Assembly: GCF_009914755.1 (NCBI RefSeq)
Contig: NC_060932.1
Source: the human T2T-CHM13v2.0 reference genome, Homo sapiens
Reading direction: 5' to 3' (one strand)
DNA: 64,000 nucleotides
Part shown: piece after piece, positions 1 through 16,511 of the stretch
How positions within the stretch are numbered: the stretch's first letter is position 1
Layout of the letters: each line of letters opens with the position of its first letter
Program-made: the position numbers and the translations under genes
The notes under the pieces: model-generated
Database searches by the model: none
Told to the model about the DNA's origin: nothing
The model's input: the letters and a program-made list of their open reading frames with translations, nothing else

Positions 1-194
1 GGTGGTCTTGGGAAATGCAACATCTGGGCAGGAAAACAAAAATGCCAGTCCTCACCTAGGTCCGTGGACACAGGCCCTGGGGTGGAGCCCTAGCCAGGGA
101 CCACACCCTCCTCTACCCAGTACTTCCCTTCCTCACTTCCATATCATTTAAAGGGACCACATTCTTCCCTTCTGAGCACTTCCCTTCTGTATCA
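1..194 (-). mobile_element. 5' end of an ERV1 LTR (LTR1/LTR27/LTR28-like), continuing off the window start
   Basis: Reverse complement begins TGATACAGAAGGGAAGTGCT and contains GTGGTCCCTTTAAATGATA and GGCTAGGGCTCCACCCC, matching my recollection of LTR1-group consensus. It abuts an Alu 5' remnant at 195-236. Confidence 0.6.
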
Positions 195-420
195 CAAAGT
201 TTTGGGATTATAGGCATGAGGCACTGGTCCCAGCCAATTCCGTTCTTTTAATGCAAACTAGAAAATAGGTGTTCAGAAAGGCCTGCCCTATCCACCTCAG
301 GGAGTTGCTATGAAGATCAAATTAGACCATGTGCAACAGAAGTTTAGAAAAGATTCCAAAAGCACTGTGCAATGGGAATGTATTTTTAAACTCCACTGAG
401 TGGACTTAAAACTATGGTTT

Positions 421-742
<322 letters not shown>

Positions 743-922
743 CGTGTGTTTCTTTTTCAAGCAAGAAAACAAATGCCTCTCCCCAGCGCTCACTAAACAA
801 ATCCCTCTGTTATTTTTTTTTCCATAGGATTCTTATCCTTCTTGCCCCACTGCAAACAATCTATTTTCTTTTGGCCCTTCCGTCTGTCTGTGAAAGGGTC
901 AGGCTTTCTAGCTAACCCTTAA

Positions 923-2015
<1,093 letters not shown>

Positions 2016-2629
2016 AGCAAAAGGCAGAACATCCTCATTTTCTTCCCTACCTCAGAAATAAAGAAGTTAACTTCAACCCCTCTGAGAGAGAGAGGCTTCC
2101 TGAGCTTCCAACAATCAATTATCCAAATATTAGTCACAGAAGGGCACTAAGGGTTGTGCACAGCACGTGGCCAGCCCATTCTCTGAGTCTGTCAAGTTTA
2201 AGGTGAACGCTAATCCTGAATGAGTCTTAAAATGTACTTGGCATATCCTGTTCATTGTAAAATGTTCTCACATTGTGATGGCTGGGGCTTCCCTCTCAGG
2301 TGTAATCTGCGAAGTCAGACGTGACACAGCCTGGGTGAGGTGGGCCAAGCCGGGAACTGGGTTAGGAGGGAAGCTGGGGAATGATCTCCAAGGTCTCAGA
2401 TCCCAAACTGGCTTTAGCCAGATTCACCCAGAGGGATCTCATAAAAAATGCACATTCCGGGGCCCACCCCAGACCTAATGAATCAGAATTACCTGGGAAG
2501 GAGCCTGGGGAGCTCTGTTTTCAGAAGCAGCCCAGCCGAATCCTACGGTCAGACAGGGCTAGGAATCGAAACTCAGTCTAGCGCGGTAGTTCCCAAACTC
2601 GTCTGTGCTTCAAAAAATACAGATGCTGA

Positions 2630-2966
<337 letters not shown>

Positions 2967-3797
2967 TTAATTGTTCTTGGGTGTGGCCTGGGTTTTGGAA
3001 GATTTAAAAAAAAAATCTCAGGTGACCCTAAAGTGTAGATGAGTTTGGAAACCACACATTTAAGGCACACTTGAATGGGGGAGCAGTGAGGTGGCGCGGG
3101 CTAGCCGGCCAGAACCCAGGGGTGGGCCAGTAGGAACCAGCATTGCAGAGGCCATTAAGGCTGGGAAGCATAGTGTCTGGGGCCCATAACAATGCTTCGG
3201 CATGAATGCTTTAGACCTAAGACAATTGGCTCCTAAATGTGAAAACTGCAAGGCTGAAATGAATGCATGTTTAATGCCTTACAACATTGTCAAGTGATCA
3301 GCTGCAACTCCTTTCTGAGGGCATGATGCCTGAGATATGCCTGTAATGCGGGTTGATTTTAATTAATTTAATATGGTGTGGAGTGGGGCCTTCAAAAGTA
3401 AAGACGTCAGTTCTAAGTTGGTTGCAGGGTTCTGGGCAAAGGTCTTAAAACCCCATGGTGAGCAGATGGCCAATCCTGAACACCCCAATTTTAAAACAGG
3501 GCTTTTTTTCCAAGAGACTTTTTGAAAATAGCTCCTATTTTGAGAGGAGGAACCCTGGCAGGAGAGAGCCAGAGTTAAGCCCAGCTGAGAGGGGGTTGGT
3601 AGGCAGGGGCCTGCCTGATCCTCACTGAAGCTTGATACTCAGGGTGAGCTTCCTAAACCAGTGCAGATTTGCCGGCCCACTGAGCCTCCCAGATGAGAAC
3701 CTGCATTTCAACAAGGTCCTTGATGCAGCAAAGTTTGAGATATACTGGGCTAGAACACTCAGGGGACACAAAGGTTCTCTGAAAACTAAGGAAAATA

Positions 3798-4443
<646 letters not shown>

Positions 4444-4607
4444 ATACTGGGCTAGAAGACCCAGGAGACCCGAAGATTCTCTCAAAACTAAGGAAAATAA
4501 TCTAGGTCACAAATATATTCTCTTCCTCCTTCTCCCCATTGCCCCCCTTCACCAGTAATCTTTATAGACTCAAATCGAGTTGATGTTCTATAATCAATTC
4601 TAGTCAC

Positions 4608-4750
4608 TTTTATTTGTATTTATTTATTTTAGAGATGGGGGTCTCACTCTGTTGCTCAGGCTGGTCTCAAATTCCTGGGCTTAAGTGATCCACCCACCTA
4701 GGTCTCCCAAAGTGCTGGGATTACAGGCATCAGCCACTGCACCCGGCTGT
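4608..4750 (-). repeat. Alu left monomer (FLAM/AluJ-like)
   Basis: Single arm ending GGCATCAGCCACTGCACCCGGC. Confidence 0.8.
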
Positions 4751-5297
4751 CACTTTTATTTTTGATGTTCAAGTTATAAGCTAATACCTGTGAGACCATA
4801 GATTCTTTTTATGCACTCAATACACTTTCTTGTTTACCTTATATTTGTATTATGGAAAAGTTCTGTTTTTTCCACTTGTTTATATTTGATAATGAAGCCC
4901 TCTGTGCCTATCACCAGCCTCAGCCGCTATCATCTCATTACCAAGCTGGGTTATTTTGAAACAAATATCTTCTAATATTTAGCCGGTGTTCAAATTTCCC
5001 TAACCATCCTAAAGGAATGTTTAGAACAGTTGTTTCATTGGAAAGAAGGTCAAAACAAATACATTTTACATTTTTAGGCCAGTCTTGAAAGTAAGTGTAA
5101 AACCATGTGTGGGGTAGGAGGTGGGACTAGACTCTCAAGGTGGGGCCTGGATACCAGACCCAGTTGAGGACTAGCTAAGACAGATTCCACAGTGAATAAC
5201 ACCAGGAGGTGGGAATATTAAGGTCCATTGTGAAGGATGGCTACCACAATTTTTTGATCAACTAGTTATCAACCCTGACTGAAGCTGAGAGAGATTT

Positions 5298-5440
5298 GTT
5301 TTTTCTTTTTTTTCTTTTTTTTCAGAGACAGGGTCTTGCTACGTTGCCCAGGCTGGACTCAAACTCCTGGGCTCAGGTGATTCTTCTGCCTTAGCCTCCT
5401 GAGTAGCTGAGACTACAGGTGTGTGCCACTGTGCCCAGCA
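5298..5440 (-). repeat. Alu monomer fragment
   Basis: T tail followed by AGACAGGGTCTTGCTACGTTGCCCAGGCTGG. Confidence 0.8.
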
Positions 5441-6278
5441 AGATTTTAAAAAATACGTATGCCCGGACACCACTCTAAACCAACTAAATGAGAATCAGAT
5501 ATCGTGAAGTCACTAATCATTTTGCTCCTGGGTCTTTATGACAGTTTTGCTCCTGGGAAACTCCTGGGAATGTGGTAGAGAGAGAGAAAGAGATGGGAAA
5601 ATAAGATTTTAAGAAGTGTTGCTATGCATTTTGAAAATAATTTTTATTTGGTGTTTGTCTTGAGGGAAGGCGGTAAACATTTCAATTGCCTTTAAGTGTG
5701 CTTGGATGCTGGAACGATGGTTCTTTGAATGCAGCGTCAAACTGGCATTGGGTCACATGGCAGCCAGCATTAACCTTTATGCCACATTTATAAAACATGA
5801 ATGTCATGAGCCCACTCTCAGAGACCTTATAATTTGGAGGGTTAGGTCAGATCCACAAATCTCTTCTATCTCATGGTAAAGGAAACCTGGCGTGTAGCAG
5901 GAGATGGTGTGATAACAATAACATATCGCATGATCAGTATTTGTATTCTTCTTAGCAATATTAAACTTTTTGACCTCCTCCATTGTGTCATCAATTTGCT
6001 TAATACAGTTTCTGCCTCAGCGTCTGTTTTTAGGCCTGGCATAAGCTGTTTGAAACCCAGGCACATACCCAACCCATCATCTTTGGCCTAGTTAACACCT
6101 CCCCTCCCTGCGTGGTGGTTTGGAGAACCTGCTTGTTCCTCATCCCACTGATCCCAAACCCAGGACACCCCACAGCTGCTGACCAGGATTAAACCTAAGG
6201 GAGATTTAATGCCGTTAAATCAGAAGAAATTCTGATTCTCAGGGACTGACATTCATTCACTTAAATACTTGCAGAGTC

Positions 6279-6592
<314 letters not shown>

Positions 6593-6885
6593 TTAGGAAA
6601 CCATGTAGTCTACAGTTTGATGCAATGTCTTCCTTTTCCTCTTTCTCAAATATTTTGAGCCAGGTACTATCCTAGATTGTCTTGTGATATTTACAATCTA
6701 GGAGAAGGCAGGAGAGAGAACTAAGAACAGAGAGCATGTTCTGAGATGTCTGCTGTGTTTGCAAGTACCTTCCCTCAATTTCCCTACTCACTGGCCATGC
6801 TGGAAAGCAGGTCTTGGAGCCATATTTGTACCATGGTACTTCCCCTCCCTATACTCAATTGGTTGGCCAGAAGCCCAATTGTCAT

Positions 6886-6938
6886 TCTCTCTCTCTCTCT
6901 CCCTCTCCCTCTCTCCCTCCCTCCCTCCCTCCCTCTCC
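6886..6938. repeat. (CT)n/(CCCT)n microsatellite
   Basis: Seen directly. Confidence 0.95.
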
Positions 6939-7081
6939 AAGATATCCAGTAACTGACTGATCAGCTGGCGGTGGGCTCTGCTGGCTGCCAGGATGGGCCA
7001 CCAGCAAAAAGGGAAAATTGGTTGTGAGTGAGAAGAAGAGATAAGAAAGTCCACAGGGCTGATAAGAAAGACCATGGGCTT

Positions 7082-7396
7082 CCAGGCGCGGTGGTTCACG
7101 CCTGTAATCCCAGCACTTTGGGAAGCCAGGATGGCCGGATCACGAGGTCAGGAGATCGAGACCATCCTGGCTCACACGGTGAAAGCCCATCTCTACTAAA
7201 AATACAAAAATTAGCTGGGTGTGGTGGCGGGTGCCTGTAGCCCCAGCTAATTGGGAGGCTGAGGTGGGAGAATGGCGTTAACCCCAGGAGGTGCAGCTTG
7301 CAGTGAACTGAGATTGCACCACTGCACTCCAGCCTGGGCGACAGAGCGAGACTGCGTCTCAAAAAAAAAAAAAAAGAAAAAAAGAAAAAAAAAAAG
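7082..7396 (+). repeat. Alu (Y/Sc-like) with target-site duplication
   Basis: GGAGATCGAGACCATCCTGGCT diagnostic stretch, with AGACCATGGGCTTC on both flanks. Confidence 0.95.
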
Positions 7397-7944
7397 AGAC
7401 CATGGGCTTCTGAGAGCAAGAAAGAGGAATTTTGGTTTCTGTAACTGCAGTTTCCATTCTCTCATGGCCTCTCATTTGTTTCTTGTGCCCATGAGTTTGC
7501 CTGTTAGAGATAAGGTGTGTTTCTTGTCCTCAAGCTCATGCAAATGGGTTTCTGTTTCTTACAATCATTGTTCCCAGATATGGATGGTGACTGATGCTCT
7601 ACTAAATGCTGAAAAAAAGCAGAGTGGAAGCACAGAAAAGCGGGCTTCTCTGAGGAGGTGACGTTAGAGCACAGTTGGAAGGCAGGAGTAAATGTGCACC
7701 ATGATTTTTTAGGATTAAAACCAAGTATCTCACTGCTTGGGCACATGTAGATAGAGGTGATTTAACGGTAAAGTGTCCCAGTTGTACCCATTGTCAGTTA
7801 GCTCACCACAGGGATTATGTAGCCCTGAGTTTGCTTAGTGCTTATTTATTTTAGGATGTTGTTTATCCAAACCTCTTAAATGATACGTGTTTGGAACAAG
7901 TAACAGCATCGTTCATTGATGTTGTGGACAAACCACTATTTTAT

Positions 7945-8075
7945 TACTCAAGACTGGGTAATTTATAAAGAAAAAGAGGTTTAATGGGCTCACAGTTCCA
8001 TGTGGCTGAAGAAGTCTCGAAATCATGGTGGAAGGCAAAAGGAATGTCTTACATGGTGGCAGACAAGAGTGATGA
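7945..8075. mobile_element. THE1/MST MaLR LTR fragment
   Basis: AGACTGGGTAATTTATAAAGAAAAAGAGGTTTAATGGGCTCACAGTTCCATGTGGCTG. Confidence 0.8.
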
Positions 8076-8176
8076 GAGCTATTTTGCTCATTGATCGCTG
8101 GCCATAGAATTTACTTCTATATTTTGAACTAAGATGAGAGCCAGGCACACAAGATGGTTACAGGTCTGTCTTTTGT

Positions 8177-8179
<3 letters not shown>

Positions 8180-8211
<32 letters not shown>
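8180..8211. repeat. (GAT)n trinucleotide microsatellite
   Basis: About ten perfect GAT units. Confidence 0.95.
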
Positions 8212-8213
<2 letters not shown>

Positions 8214-8296
8214 ATGGCTGACATGGTTGATGACTTGCTTTTTCTCATCATCTCAGACCTAGATTTTTGGCTGGACTATTGGCTTGGGATAGATGA

Positions 8297-8810
<514 letters not shown>

Positions 8811-10184
8811 CCATTTCCTCTTATACCATAAGTCATTGCCTGCAGATGTGTTTTCTCCATTAGTTTGCAAAAGCTTCCTGAGAGTAGGTCTGTGCCTCAT
8901 TTATTCTGGAATCTCCCTGGCACAAAGCACAGGGCTTTATCTTCAGTAGGCATCCAACAAATGTTTCATTTCATTCAACAGCTCCTCTTACCACTGCCTC
9001 CACCTTATTTGCAGGTGGCTAAGTACAATCGGAACAAGTAGGTATCATAAGATTTAGTCCAGAGTCAATTTGAGAAGAAATTACTTTAGTGATATGAAAA
9101 TAAACCATGCTATTGAGTCAGAATACTTCTGAGAATATCCCCTGTCCAAGCATTTGCTGAATTTCTATGTACTAATTTTCAGGTGGAACAGTAGGCTTGC
9201 AGAGGGTCCATTTGGACATAGATACACTTTCATACATTCATGTCTTTAACAAGAATTTGTGTCCCTACTGTGTTTGTTCACTAACTCCTTTGAACCTACC
9301 ACATAAGCTATATCTGTATTTTCCTTGTAATTTGGGAGGTCCAGTGCTTCATTACGCTCATATGCCTGAAACTAATGAAGAAAATAGCTCGTTAACCAGC
9401 TAGTATAAAAGTAGCCACCAAATCAAGTCAATCACCTGCCTTAAATTAGCCCAGTACTCCCATCTTGAGCGGAGAAGCCCATTCTGAATCACAGCCAAGA
9501 CATTGATGGAAAAACAACTCCCTCTGGGGATCAAAACCACGCTCACTCCAAATCCTCCTCCCCAGAGTTCTACTCATTGCTCACCCACTGAACCCAGAAC
9601 TAACCAGAAGTGCTTGAAATGAGGACGGGTAGCTCCGTGTACCAATCGGAATTTAAAACTCTATCAATTCCTGCTATAGAAATGAGGCTTCTCCCCAGGA
9701 CCAGCATTCCACGAAGGCAGCCCTTTTCTAGATGGAGAAAACAGAACCTGAAGACACCCGTTTCCCTAAACTGCTCTCGCTCATGTGTAAGTACAAATGA
9801 AAAATGCTGAGGCTGCTTCTGTTGGCATTGCTTTTTAATTATGGCCATCAATAAATCATTTTGTCCTTGAACAAGACTTGAGAATGACCCGAAGGCAGAG
9901 GCACAATTCCTTAGGAATTAGGCCAACAAAGAATGGGCTATCTCTCTTCCCACCCCTTCTCTTACTCTGCTGTCAGAAACAGAAACGTTCTCTGTGAGTA
10001 GCTGGGAGTAGACGGCCACACTTGAGTTCCATCTCGGGGTTCTGTTAACACAGTTTTACCCCATCCTGCCTCGATGGCCACTGCCACACAAGCTGCATCT
10101 GTTCTTTCTTCTGCGCCTTTTGTTACTTCGTTGTTTTTTCCTCTTTCTAGTGTAGTGAGCTGAATGGTGGCTTTGCACAATATA

Positions 10185-11050
<866 letters not shown>

Positions 11051-11701
11051 TTCCTGTCTTCTTATATTCATAAGAAAAATAAAATGAAATAGTGGTAAAG
11101 TATTGGGATGGTGAAAATTTTTGGGGGGTGTTATGGAGAGACAATGGGCGATGTTTCTCAGGGCTGCTTCCAGTGGGATTGGGGTGGCATGGGAACCTAG
11201 AGTAGGAGAGATTAAGCTGAAAGAAGATTTTGTGGTAAGGGGTGATATTGTGGGGTTGTTAGAAGAAACATTTTTCATTTAAAATTATTGGTGATGGCCT
11301 GGATACAGTTTTGTATGAATTGAAAAACTAAACGGAATAAGAGAAGGAGAAAAACAGGTATTAAAGGACTAAGAATTGGGAGGACCTAGGACATCAAATT
11401 AGAGAGTGCCTAAGGAGGTTCAGCATAGCCTTGCCAGCAAAGATTATTTAAGAGTTAAGAGTGGTGGTTTGGGGATAGCACCAGGAGATGTCAGCTGTGA
11501 TGGCTTGGAGAAACAGTGTAAACCACCAGTGTAAACAAGAGCAGGGCATATATGAGTAGTTGAGAATGGTGAATAGGAGTATGGCTAGACAGAAGATAGT
11601 AGGGATGACAAGTTTTTTGGGGCACAGTCCAAGTTGGTCTTGTGTCTGGAATGAGACTGGAGCCTAACAAAAAGGAGTGTCTATACAGGAGATCCAAGGG
11701 G

Positions 11702-12768
11702 TATCGGGGGACCTGCCCCGATAATCACGTAGGTTCTTCTCTATTTTCCTAAGCATTGACTGGCTTGAGAAATAAAAGGACAGAGTACAAAAGAGAGAAA
11801 TTTTAAAGCTGGGCGTCCGGGGGAGACATCACACATTGGTAGGATCCATGATGCCCCACAAGCCACAAAAACCAGCAAGTTTTTATTAGGGAGTTTCAAA
11901 AGGGGAGGGAGTATACGAATAGGTGTGGGTGACAGACATCAAGTACTTAACAGGGTAATAGAATATCACAAGGCAAGTGGAGACAGGACGAGATCACAGG
12001 ACCACAGGACCGAAGTGAAATTTAAATTGCTAATGAAGTTTTGGCACCATTGTCATTGATAACATCTTATCAGGAGACAGGGTTTTGAGATCAACCGGTC
12101 TGACCAAAGTTTATTAGGCGGGAATTTCCTCTTCCTAATAAGCCTGGGAGCGCTATGGGAGACTGCAGTTTATTTCGCCTCTGCAATCTCGACCTTAAGA
12201 GACAGGTAAGCCCCGGGGGGCCAGTTCAGAGACCTACCCCTAGGTGCGCATTCTCTTTCTCAGGGACGTTCCATGCTGAGAAAGGAATTCAGTGATATTT
12301 CTCCCATTTGCTTTTGAAAGAAGAGAAATATGGCTCTGTTCTGCCGGGCTCACCAGCGGTCAGAGTTTAAGGTTATCTCTCTTATTCCCTGAACGACTGC
12401 GGTTATCCTGTTCTTTTTTCAGGATGCCCACATTTCATATTGCTCAAACACACATGCTGTACAATTTGTGTACTTAACGCAATTATTACAGGGTCCTGAG
12501 ACGATATACATCCTTCTCGGCTGACAGGATTAAGAGATTAAAGCAAAGACAGGCATAGGAAATCACAAGGATATTGATTGGGGAAGTGATAAGTGTCCAT
12601 GAAATCTTTACAATTTATGTTTAGAGATTGCAGTAAAGGCAGGCATAAGAAATTACAAAAGTATTAATTTGGGGAACTAATAAATGTCCATAAAATCTTC
12701 ACAATCCACGTTCTTCTGCCATGGCTTCAGCCGGTCCCTCCGTTTGGGGTCCCTGACTTCCCGCAAGA
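11702..12768 (-). mobile_element. MER11 (HERV-K11/HML-8) solo LTR inserted in HERV-H
   Basis: Reverse complement starts TCTTGCGGGAAGTCAGGGACCCCAAACGGAGGGACCGG and ends GGTCCCCCGATA. 6-bp flanks AAGGGG / AATGGG. Near-identical to the proviral LTR at 59823-60887. Confidence 0.92.
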
Positions 12769-13927
12769 AATGGGCTGTACCTTGTAGCATTCCAAGGACA
12801 GGCCGGAATTCTGAGAAGGGAAAGTGGTAAAAGTATTGTCCAGTCCTTTTTAAGTTGGTGGCTGAGCTTGGTAACGTGTGTTTTTAAAAGAGCATCAGTC
12901 TGTTCTACCTTTCCTGAAGATTGAGGACTGTAAGGGATATAAAGGTTTCACTGAATACTAAGAGCCTGAAAAAATGCTTGGCTGACTTGATTACTAAAGT
13001 TAGTTCTGCTATCGGACTGTATAGAGGTGGGAAGGCCAAACTGAGGAATTATGTCTGACAGAAGAGAAGAAATGACCGTGGTGGCCTTCTTAGACCCTGT
13101 GGGAAAGGCCTCTACTTATCCAGTGAAAGTGTCTACCTAGACCAAGAGGTATTTTAGTTTCCTGACTCGGGGCACGTTGAGTAAAGCTAATTTGCCAGTC
13201 CTGGGTGGGGGCAAATCCCTGAGCTTGATGTGTAGGGAAGGGAGGGGGCCTGAAGGATCCCTGAGGAGTAGTAGAATAGCTGATGGAACACTGAGAAGTT
13301 ATTTCCTTGAGGATAGATTTCCACGATGGAAAGGAAATGAGAGGTTCTAAGAGGCGGGCTAGTGGCTTGTACTATAGCATAGCCTGCTTTTGCTGATGTG
13401 TGGCAATTAGGCCTGGTGGAACTGCCATCAATAAACTAAGTGTGGTAAGGGTGAGAAACAGGGAAGAAGGAAATGTGGGGAAATGGGGTGAACGTCAGGT
13501 GGATCAGAGAGATGCAGTCATGAGGGTCAGGTGTGGTATCAGGAATAATGGGGGAGGCCGGATTGAAGTCTGGGCCAGGAACAATGGTAATTGTGGGAGA
13601 CTCAACAAAGAGTGAGTACAGCAGAAGGAGCCGGGGAGCAGAATGTATATGTGGCAGGTGTGAGGAAGACAATAGATTTTGGAAATTATGAGAGCTGTAG
13701 AGAGTGAGTTGAGCATAGTTTCTGATTTTAAGGGCCTTTAAAAGTATTAGGGTGGCAGCAGCTGCTGCACGGAGACACAACGGCCAACCTAAAACAGTAA
13801 GGTCAAGTTGTTTGGACAAAAAGGCTACAGGACGCCATCCTGGTCCTTGTGTAAGAATTTCAACTGCACAGCGCTGCACTTCGGCTGTGTGTAATGAAAA
13901 GGGTTGGGATGAGTCACGGAGAGCTAG
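12769..13927 (-). pseudogene. pol: HERV-H pol remnant (RT connection, RNase H, integrase pieces)
   Basis: ORF 13436-13951 contains RPVAFLSKQLDLTVLGWPLCLRAAAA. An integrase PQSSGKVE-type motif lies near 12890-12935. Confidence 0.85.
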
Positions 13928-14423
13928 TGTAGCAGGACGAGTTCCAGACAAAACTCCTCAGACACCAGATTAAAGAAGGAAGAGGTTTTTTTATTCGGCC
14001 AGGAGCGTCGGCAGACTCGTGTCTTAAGAGCCGAGCTCCCTGAAAAAGAAATTCCTAGCCCTTTTAAGGGCTGACAACTCTAAGGGTTCTACGTGAAAAA
14101 GTCATAATAGATCAAGTAAGCTTGTGGAACGTGACTGGGGGCTACATACATCAGCCAACAGAACAAAAAGTTTTTACAGTGCTTTCTCATACAATGTCTG
14201 GGATTTACCGATAACAACAGTAGTTTTGGTCAGGGGTTAATATTATTGTTACTTTAACCACCAGGCCAGGTGGTGGCGCCAAAGTCGTCTAGGTATTTAT
14301 TTTACTTCTGTTTTTTCCAGCTTTTTGCTTTCTCCCTTTTTTGCTGTCTTATAAACTAGGGAAAAGGGGAGGTTGGGGAGAAACTGGGAAGGACAACAGG
14401 AGAAGTGGTGGTCTCATACCATA
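13928..14423 (-). promoter_or_regulatory. HERV-E 3' LTR (LTR2B/LTR2C-like)
   Basis: Reverse complement starts TATGGTATGAGACCACCACTTCTCC right after the PPT and ends CTCGTCCTGCTACA. AATAAA near 13990. Confidence 0.88.
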
Positions 14424-14450
14424 TTTTCCCCCTTTGAGCATTTTCACTTT

Positions 14451-16489
14451 TTAGTGGGAGTTCTCACTCTCATCTTTACTTTTTGAGTCTCTTTGTGAGA
14501 TAGAGCGATAGTGATTTATATAACACACGTGTGCTGAAGTTTTCTGATGAACCAAAGTAGCAACAAAATCTTTTATCATTTGAAAAAGCAAGAGTAATAC
14601 ACAGGGGAGCAGCAAGTAAGTTCCTATCACTAGCAATACACCTACAATGAGGGTTTTAAATCCTCCTATAGCTGGAAACCATTTTTCAAATAAAGACTCA
14701 GGATTAAACTCGTGCCAAACCTCTACAGGCACATGTGCAACCTTTGTCATGTCCCTGACTATGTTTTTAACCACCTGTCCTTGATCATTTATTTGTAGGC
14801 AGCAGTTGGTTAAGTTAAATTTTCCACAAACTCCTTCAGCTACTAGCAAGTAGTCTAAGGCCAGTCTTTTCTGATAGATAGCATTCCTCATTTGGGTTTC
14901 TTGCAAAGCTAAAACAGTCAAAGCTCTGCCAGTTTCATTAGTAATTATTTCTTAGACGGACTGCAACCGTATGATCCAGGTGAGCATGTAGATGGGGGTT
15001 TGGTATCCCCATGAGCCATCTTGTGCCCCTGTGGCAGGCCCATAATACTGAATGATCCTTTCAGGGGGCCACTCATTATCTTTCCAGTTTCCTATAACTA
15101 TGCCTTTATTTTCTCAGGAGGCATAGACAGGGAAACCTAGGAGCTCACCCATTTTTATGGGTAATAAGAAAAAGGACGGCTTAATAGTGCCAATAACACA
15201 ACTGTCTGCCCATTTATTAGGTAACCGAATGTAGGCTCTGTGCCTACGTATCTAGTATAGTCCAGTGGGAACCGTCCAGTCCTAATGAGATTCTGCATGA
15301 GCCTAAGCAGTTTTTAATTTAGAAAATTTACTAAATGGATTCTTTTCAGTGTGGGTTAGGCCCTACTAAGTAATTGTCTTTGTTGTGCTGTTATACAACT
15401 TCTGTCCTATACAATTAAGCTTTCCTACAGGGATGATAAAGTCTTTCCCTTCTCTAGCTATACAGTATTGTCTAATAATTGAGGTTTTAGGACCTAGAAG
15501 TTGCTAGCTTGGGCCTTCTGAACTGGAATTATATCAGGAGCTGGATCAGTAGACACCAACTCTCGGGCTTCCGAAGGCCATCTGTCTCCGATAGTGGTTC
15601 CTCCGCATACATAACAAGAAGTAACATTAAGGGAATTAGCTACATTTTCTGCTAATTGGAGAAACAAATTTTTTGTCTTTTTCAGAAGTTCTGGTGTTGG
15701 CAGATTCAGCTCCTCATAAAACGTTTGAAATACTGTTTTGGGAGAGCACTTGTGGACCTCCCCTCTAATTAAAATGGCAACTTGAGGGTTTAACCCTGTT
15801 CTATTGATCCCCAGGGTTACACGTTCTCCCTTTTTCCAAAGGGGATCTAGGGGATTGGTAATTATTAGTTCTAGTGGGTTACAGTGACCGGCGGCCCAGG
15901 AGGGGTTGGCTTCTCCCTTCTGAAGATAAACCGAGTCATTTTTGTTCTTTTTTTAAGTAGCCTAAATAACACATGGCCAATAGGCACAATTTTTACAAAC
16001 CCCTGACTCATGACAAACATATTTATTTTCTACTCTTTAGCTCCTTTCTCAGTTAAGAGAACCACATCCTATTTCTAGCTTTTTACTATTAATGGCTGCA
16101 CAAGCATCAAATCTTAAAGTTATTTGCTTGGGGATTTCTTTTTCTTCTGTTCTAGTTATTATTTTACTTGTATCACCTAGCAAAAGGCCAGTTCTTATTT
16201 CAAAAACGGTGGTTGCAGCGGGCTCAGATGGGTTATAACACGCATCAGGTCGGTCATTTCTTGGGCTACATACCTTGTACTGAGTGGCATTATACAAACA
16301 AGTTTCTTTTAATGTTTCCATACATTCATAATAACTATAGAACAGAAAGATTGTTTTAATTTGCTGTCCTACTTCGGTGACCTGATAAATACACTGGGAA
16401 CAGTCCCCATTTTGAGTAAGGTTAGTTGAAGCCCTTACTGTATAAGTCCAAAATTTAAGAAAAATGAATCTAACGATGAGCTTCCTCAT
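14451..16489 (-). pseudogene. env: HERV-E env, disrupted; open pieces are a 146-aa SU N-terminus (16049-16489) and a 156-aa TM part (14451-14921)
   Basis: Signal-peptide-like start MRKLIVRFIFLKFW, immunosuppressive domain [13 protein letters not shown]6CC motif [10 protein letters not shown] and a hydrophobic TM. Many stops lie in between. Confidence 0.92.
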
Positions 16490-16511
16490 GCTTCGGCCAT
16501 GCGTGGACCAG

